From Botryllus schlosseri (taxonomy: Eukaryota): a stretch of DNA of 64,000 nucleotides. Below, piece after piece: positions 61,051-64,000 of this stretch. The stretch's first letter is position 1. Every line of letters begins with the position of its first letter. A program made the translations under genes and the position numbers. Where the stretch lies: NCBI GenBank assembly GCA_051294905.1, contig CM119383.1, forward strand, positions 6,076,001-6,140,000, written 5' to 3'. The notes under the pieces are model-generated. The model saw only the letters and a list, made by a program, of their open reading frames with translations, was not told the DNA's origin and did not search any database.

Positions 61051-63603
61051 ATGAAGTTATTGTTTCGCGTTATTCTGAAGTTCTGTACCACAAATCACTT
61101 GTTTAAATACTTTCGCAAACGGTACAGTGACCAACAATTGGAGATCCTGAATAAGTTGGTCAGAACTCGGGGGAAAATTCGAAATCTACGGTATCATGTA
61201 GCCTTTCTTAAGGCTTGTATAAAGAAAAGAGTTGTACCAAAGTTTCTGAAGACGAGGATAGAGAAATCGCGTGCTCGCATCAACTCCAGGATTGAGAGTG
61301 CATTTTTACATGATGAGATCGAGAACAGCGTAAAAGAGATGAGTACCGTAACTCAACGTTGTGCCAAGCTTAAGCAGCAGGCAGTGCAGTTTCTATCTTA
61401 TTTTGACCTGATACGGTTTTGTCGTTATATGGCCAAAATTGATGCACGTAAAGAGGATGAGAAGGTACGGCAGAATGAGCGTAACATCAGCTTGCTTCTC
61501 AAGACACGATACGGTACCAAGGCAGTTGCTGGTAGTAAGGTTATTACCAACTTATCGGACTATGAGCTGAGTGACACAGAAGAGTTGGTACTATCTCTTG
61601 GTCTGGATTTTTCTGTGCCACCGACAGAAATCAAGCGTGAGGAAGTCTTTGCTGAATTTGAGGTATTACTTGGACAATTGTCACATCATCACCAGAAATT
61701 TGATGATGAAAGCAGAGCAAAGGAACACAGTGAGAAAATTGTGGCCCTTAAAGCCAAACTAAGTAGCTTAGCGCATGGTTTTTGTGGAACTCCAATCGAC
61801 AGAAGTGATTTCACGATGACTTCCGATTGCTACAGGAGCATCAGATCCCTGAAATCCAATAAGTCAATTCACATAACCAAACCTGATAAAGGATCTGGTG
61901 TAGTCATTTTGAATAAGTGTGACTACATTTCTAAAATGGATTTAATTCTTGGCGACAAGTCTAAATTCGAAATCCTTGGCCCTGCGTGTGACAATGACAA
62001 CACCTCCAAGATAGAAGCTCGTATTCAGCGTCTACTATTGACCCTCAAGAAGGCGGGAAAAATCTCTTCTGCTGAATACGACGACATCAGACCCACTGGC
62101 TCCATTCGACCACGTATGCATGGTCTTCCGAAGACCCATAAATCGAATGTACCCTTACGTCCGATACTATCGATGGTTGGATCAGCGTATCACAAAGTCG
62201 CGAAGTGGATTGCGAGATATCTTGAGCCGGTGAGTTTGTTCTATGGTGGTAACTGCATTCGTGACTCGTTCACATTTGCTGATACCATTCGTAATGTTGA
62301 TCTCGATGAGTCCGAAATCTCTATGTGTTCGTTTGATATATCTAGTTTATTCACGAACGTGCCAGTTCAAGAGACTATAGAGATTTGTGCCAATGAACTC
62401 TATGGTGGTGTCCTTCCATCTCCTCCATTCTCAAGGTCTTCTTTTGTTAAATTAATGCGATTGATCACTTGTGATGTCGAATTTAGTTTCAATAACACCA
62501 TATATACACAGATCGATGGTGTTGCAATGGGATCGCCGCTTGGTCCCATTCTGGCTAACATTTTTGTGGGGTATTACGAAAAACGGTTATTCGAAGATAT
62601 TGATCGACCATTAATGTATCAAAGATATGTTGATGACACCTTCGCCATATTTGAAAATGAATCCCAGTGTGATTTGTTTCTGAGCAAATTGAATGGTCTT
62701 CACCCATCACTGAAATTCACCATGGAAAAAGAGGTCAATAATTCATTAGCATTCCTTGATGTTGTAGTGGAAAAGACGGGTGCTAATTTTGTTACATCAG
62801 TTTACCGTAAGCCTACATTCAGTGGGCAATACATTTCGTGGGATTCTTTCTGTCCAGTAAAACGTAAAGTAAATTTGATAAGAACTCTGGTACACAGGGC
62901 TCTGATGATTTGTAGTAAAGTCAAACTTGATTCTGAATTGGAGAACATTCGGTCAATCTTTCAGTCAAATGGTTATCCTGATCATATCATTAAAATGACC
63001 ATAGATCGTAAACTCAAAGATTTCAGAAAAGTTAAACCGTTTGGACCTAGAAAATGTCCTGTTTATTTGCATCTTCCTTGGATTGGGAAAGTGTCCAACA
63101 GGTTTGAAAAACAAATTAAATCGTCAGTGAGCCATTGTTTTTCACAAGTAGAACCTCAGATAATCTTCATGACGAAATCTCTGATGCCTGCAACGCAAAA
63201 GGATGTGCTACCTGCGACAAATCAAAGCAACATAATATATGAATACACGTGCCGATGTGACAGTCGGTATGTAGGTCGCACGTCTCAGCGCTTGCAGCAA
63301 AGAATTCGCCAGCATGTCCCACGGCAAATTAGAATAAATATTGTTTCTCCAACTCCTTCATCGCAGTCTGTTGACACACTGCGTGATTATGATCAAGTTA
63401 CTGCTTGTAATTCGGCTATTGGACAGCATCTCTTATCCCATCCAGAATGTGCTGATCATTACAATGACAGTCAATTTTCTATACTTGCTCGTGGCCGTTC
63501 TCTGTTTCATTTAAAGGTCCTGGAATCTACGATCATAAAGCTACGAAAGCCGATTCTCTGTCGCCAGAAGGAACGCCTCTACACTCTTGGAATATTTCAT
63601 TAA
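61051..63603 (+). CDS. PLE RT + GIY-YIG, full length 850 aa, with YGLPK>HGLPK substitution
   Basis: T>C at 62119 (TAT>CAT); otherwise the same translation. Confidence 0.95.
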   Translation: MKLLFRVILKFCTTNHLFKYFRKRYSDQQLEILNKLVRTRGKIRNLRYHVAFLKACIKKRVVPKFLKTRIEKSRARINSRIESAFLHDEIENSVKEMSTVTQRCAKLKQQAVQFLSYFDLIRFCRYMAKIDARKEDEKVRQNERNISLLLKTRYGTKAVAGSKVITNLSDYELSDTEELVLSLGLDFSVPPTEIKREEVFAEFEVLLGQLSHHHQKFDDESRAKEHSEKIVALKAKLSSLAHGFCGTPIDRSDFTMTSDCYRSIRSLKSNKSIHITKPDKGSGVVILNKCDYISKMDLILGDKSKFEILGPACDNDNTSKIEARIQRLLLTLKKAGKISSAEYDDIRPTGSIRPRMHGLPKTHKSNVPLRPILSMVGSAYHKVAKWIARYLEPVSLFYGGNCIRDSFTFADTIRNVDLDESEISMCSFDISSLFTNVPVQETIEICANELYGGVLPSPPFSRSSFVKLMRLITCDVEFSFNNTIYTQIDGVAMGSPLGPILANIFVGYYEKRLFEDIDRPLMYQRYVDDTFAIFENESQCDLFLSKLNGLHPSLKFTMEKEVNNSLAFLDVVVEKTGANFVTSVYRKPTFSGQYISWDSFCPVKRKVNLIRTLVHRALMICSKVKLDSELENIRSIFQSNGYPDHIIKMTIDRKLKDFRKVKPFGPRKCPVYLHLPWIGKVSNRFEKQIKSSVSHCFSQVEPQIIFMTKSLMPATQKDVLPATNQSNIIYEYTCRCDSRYVGRTSQRLQQRIRQHVPRQIRINIVSPTPSSQSVDTLRDYDQVTACNSAIGQHLLSHPECADHYNDSQFSILARGRSLFHLKVLESTIIKLRKPILCRQKERLYTLGIFH

Positions 63604-63776
63604 TGTTATGTGTTGTGTTTTCGGTTATTTATAACCGAATATGTACTCGTTAACGTTTGTTTTGTACCGTTACTACCGTATCTAGCCCGTCTACTAGTTG
63701 TTTGTTTTTGTTATTATTACGTCATACAGACAAAATAGTTCTTACATTTCGAATTTGATTCACCCCATCACTAACG

Positions 63777-63816
63777 TTCGCTACTGATGAGAGTTAGTCG
63801 AAAAGCTTTTAGCGAA
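63777..63816 (+). ncRNA. Minimal type I hammerhead ribozyme (family A)
   Basis: Identical motif in the terminal partial unit; ATG at 63829, and the element stops at 63878. Confidence 0.85.
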
Positions 63817-64000
63817 TAAATTAACAATATGAAGTTATTGTTTCGCGTTATTCTGAAGTTCTGTACCACAAATCACTTATTTTTTAAATATTATCCCAAC
63901 TATATTTTACACGGTTTATACTGGGAGACCCGATATGACCGGAGTCTTCTAGGCCGGAGTCACCCAAGCATATTGGCAGTATTAATGATAATATGAATCA

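Larger units (their letters stand above)
47623..63878. mobile_element. Palindromic tandem array of a Penelope-like retroelement (2778-bp unit; minus arm 47619-55726, plus arm 55727-63878)
   Basis: Six RT-GIY-YIG ORFs spaced at exactly 2778 bp within each arm; mirror axis 55726/55745; 12-bp flanking direct repeat ATTTTTTAAATA at 47611-47622 and 63879-63890. Confidence 0.95.

Noticed and set aside
47611-63890. Array as a pure fold-back read or amplification artefact
   Set aside because: Such artefacts mirror flanking DNA as well; here the flanks differ, share a 12-bp TSD, and the geometry recurs at 9588-9824. Not fully excluded: unit number still needs read support.

Overview
Animal nuclear DNA (GT-AG introns, some only about 60 nt). 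The gene content and compactness suggest an invertebrate deuterostome, possibly a tunicate; this is inference. Five spliced or single-exon host genes can be traced by hand: (1) a divergent semaphorin-like gene (+, 2528-21008) whose phase-consistent 19-exon model reads Sema-PSI-coiled coil-C-type lectin; (2) COX7C (+); (3) a small mitochondrial membrane-protein gene resembling UQCC4/CCSMST1 (+); (4) Smoothened (+); (5) an orphan TSP1-repeat single-pass receptor (-). Introns and spacers hold at least eight hAT-type elements with 8-bp TSDs, LINE 3' fragments and a tRNA-SINE. The last quarter (47623-63878) is a single 16.2-kb near-perfect palindrome of a Penelope-like element (RT + GIY-YIG, 2778-bp unit, about 2.9 units per arm, head-to-head, 18-nt spacer), flanked by a 12-bp target-site duplication. 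Every unit carries a minimal hammerhead ribozyme with a palindromic stem III and a predicted loop-II pseudoknot just upstream of the ATG. A 237-bp insertion of a related family at 9588-9824 has the same head-to-head + TSD geometry, nearly the same arm end-points and a covarying pseudoknot. All coordinates were read by eye; no database searches or folding programs were run.
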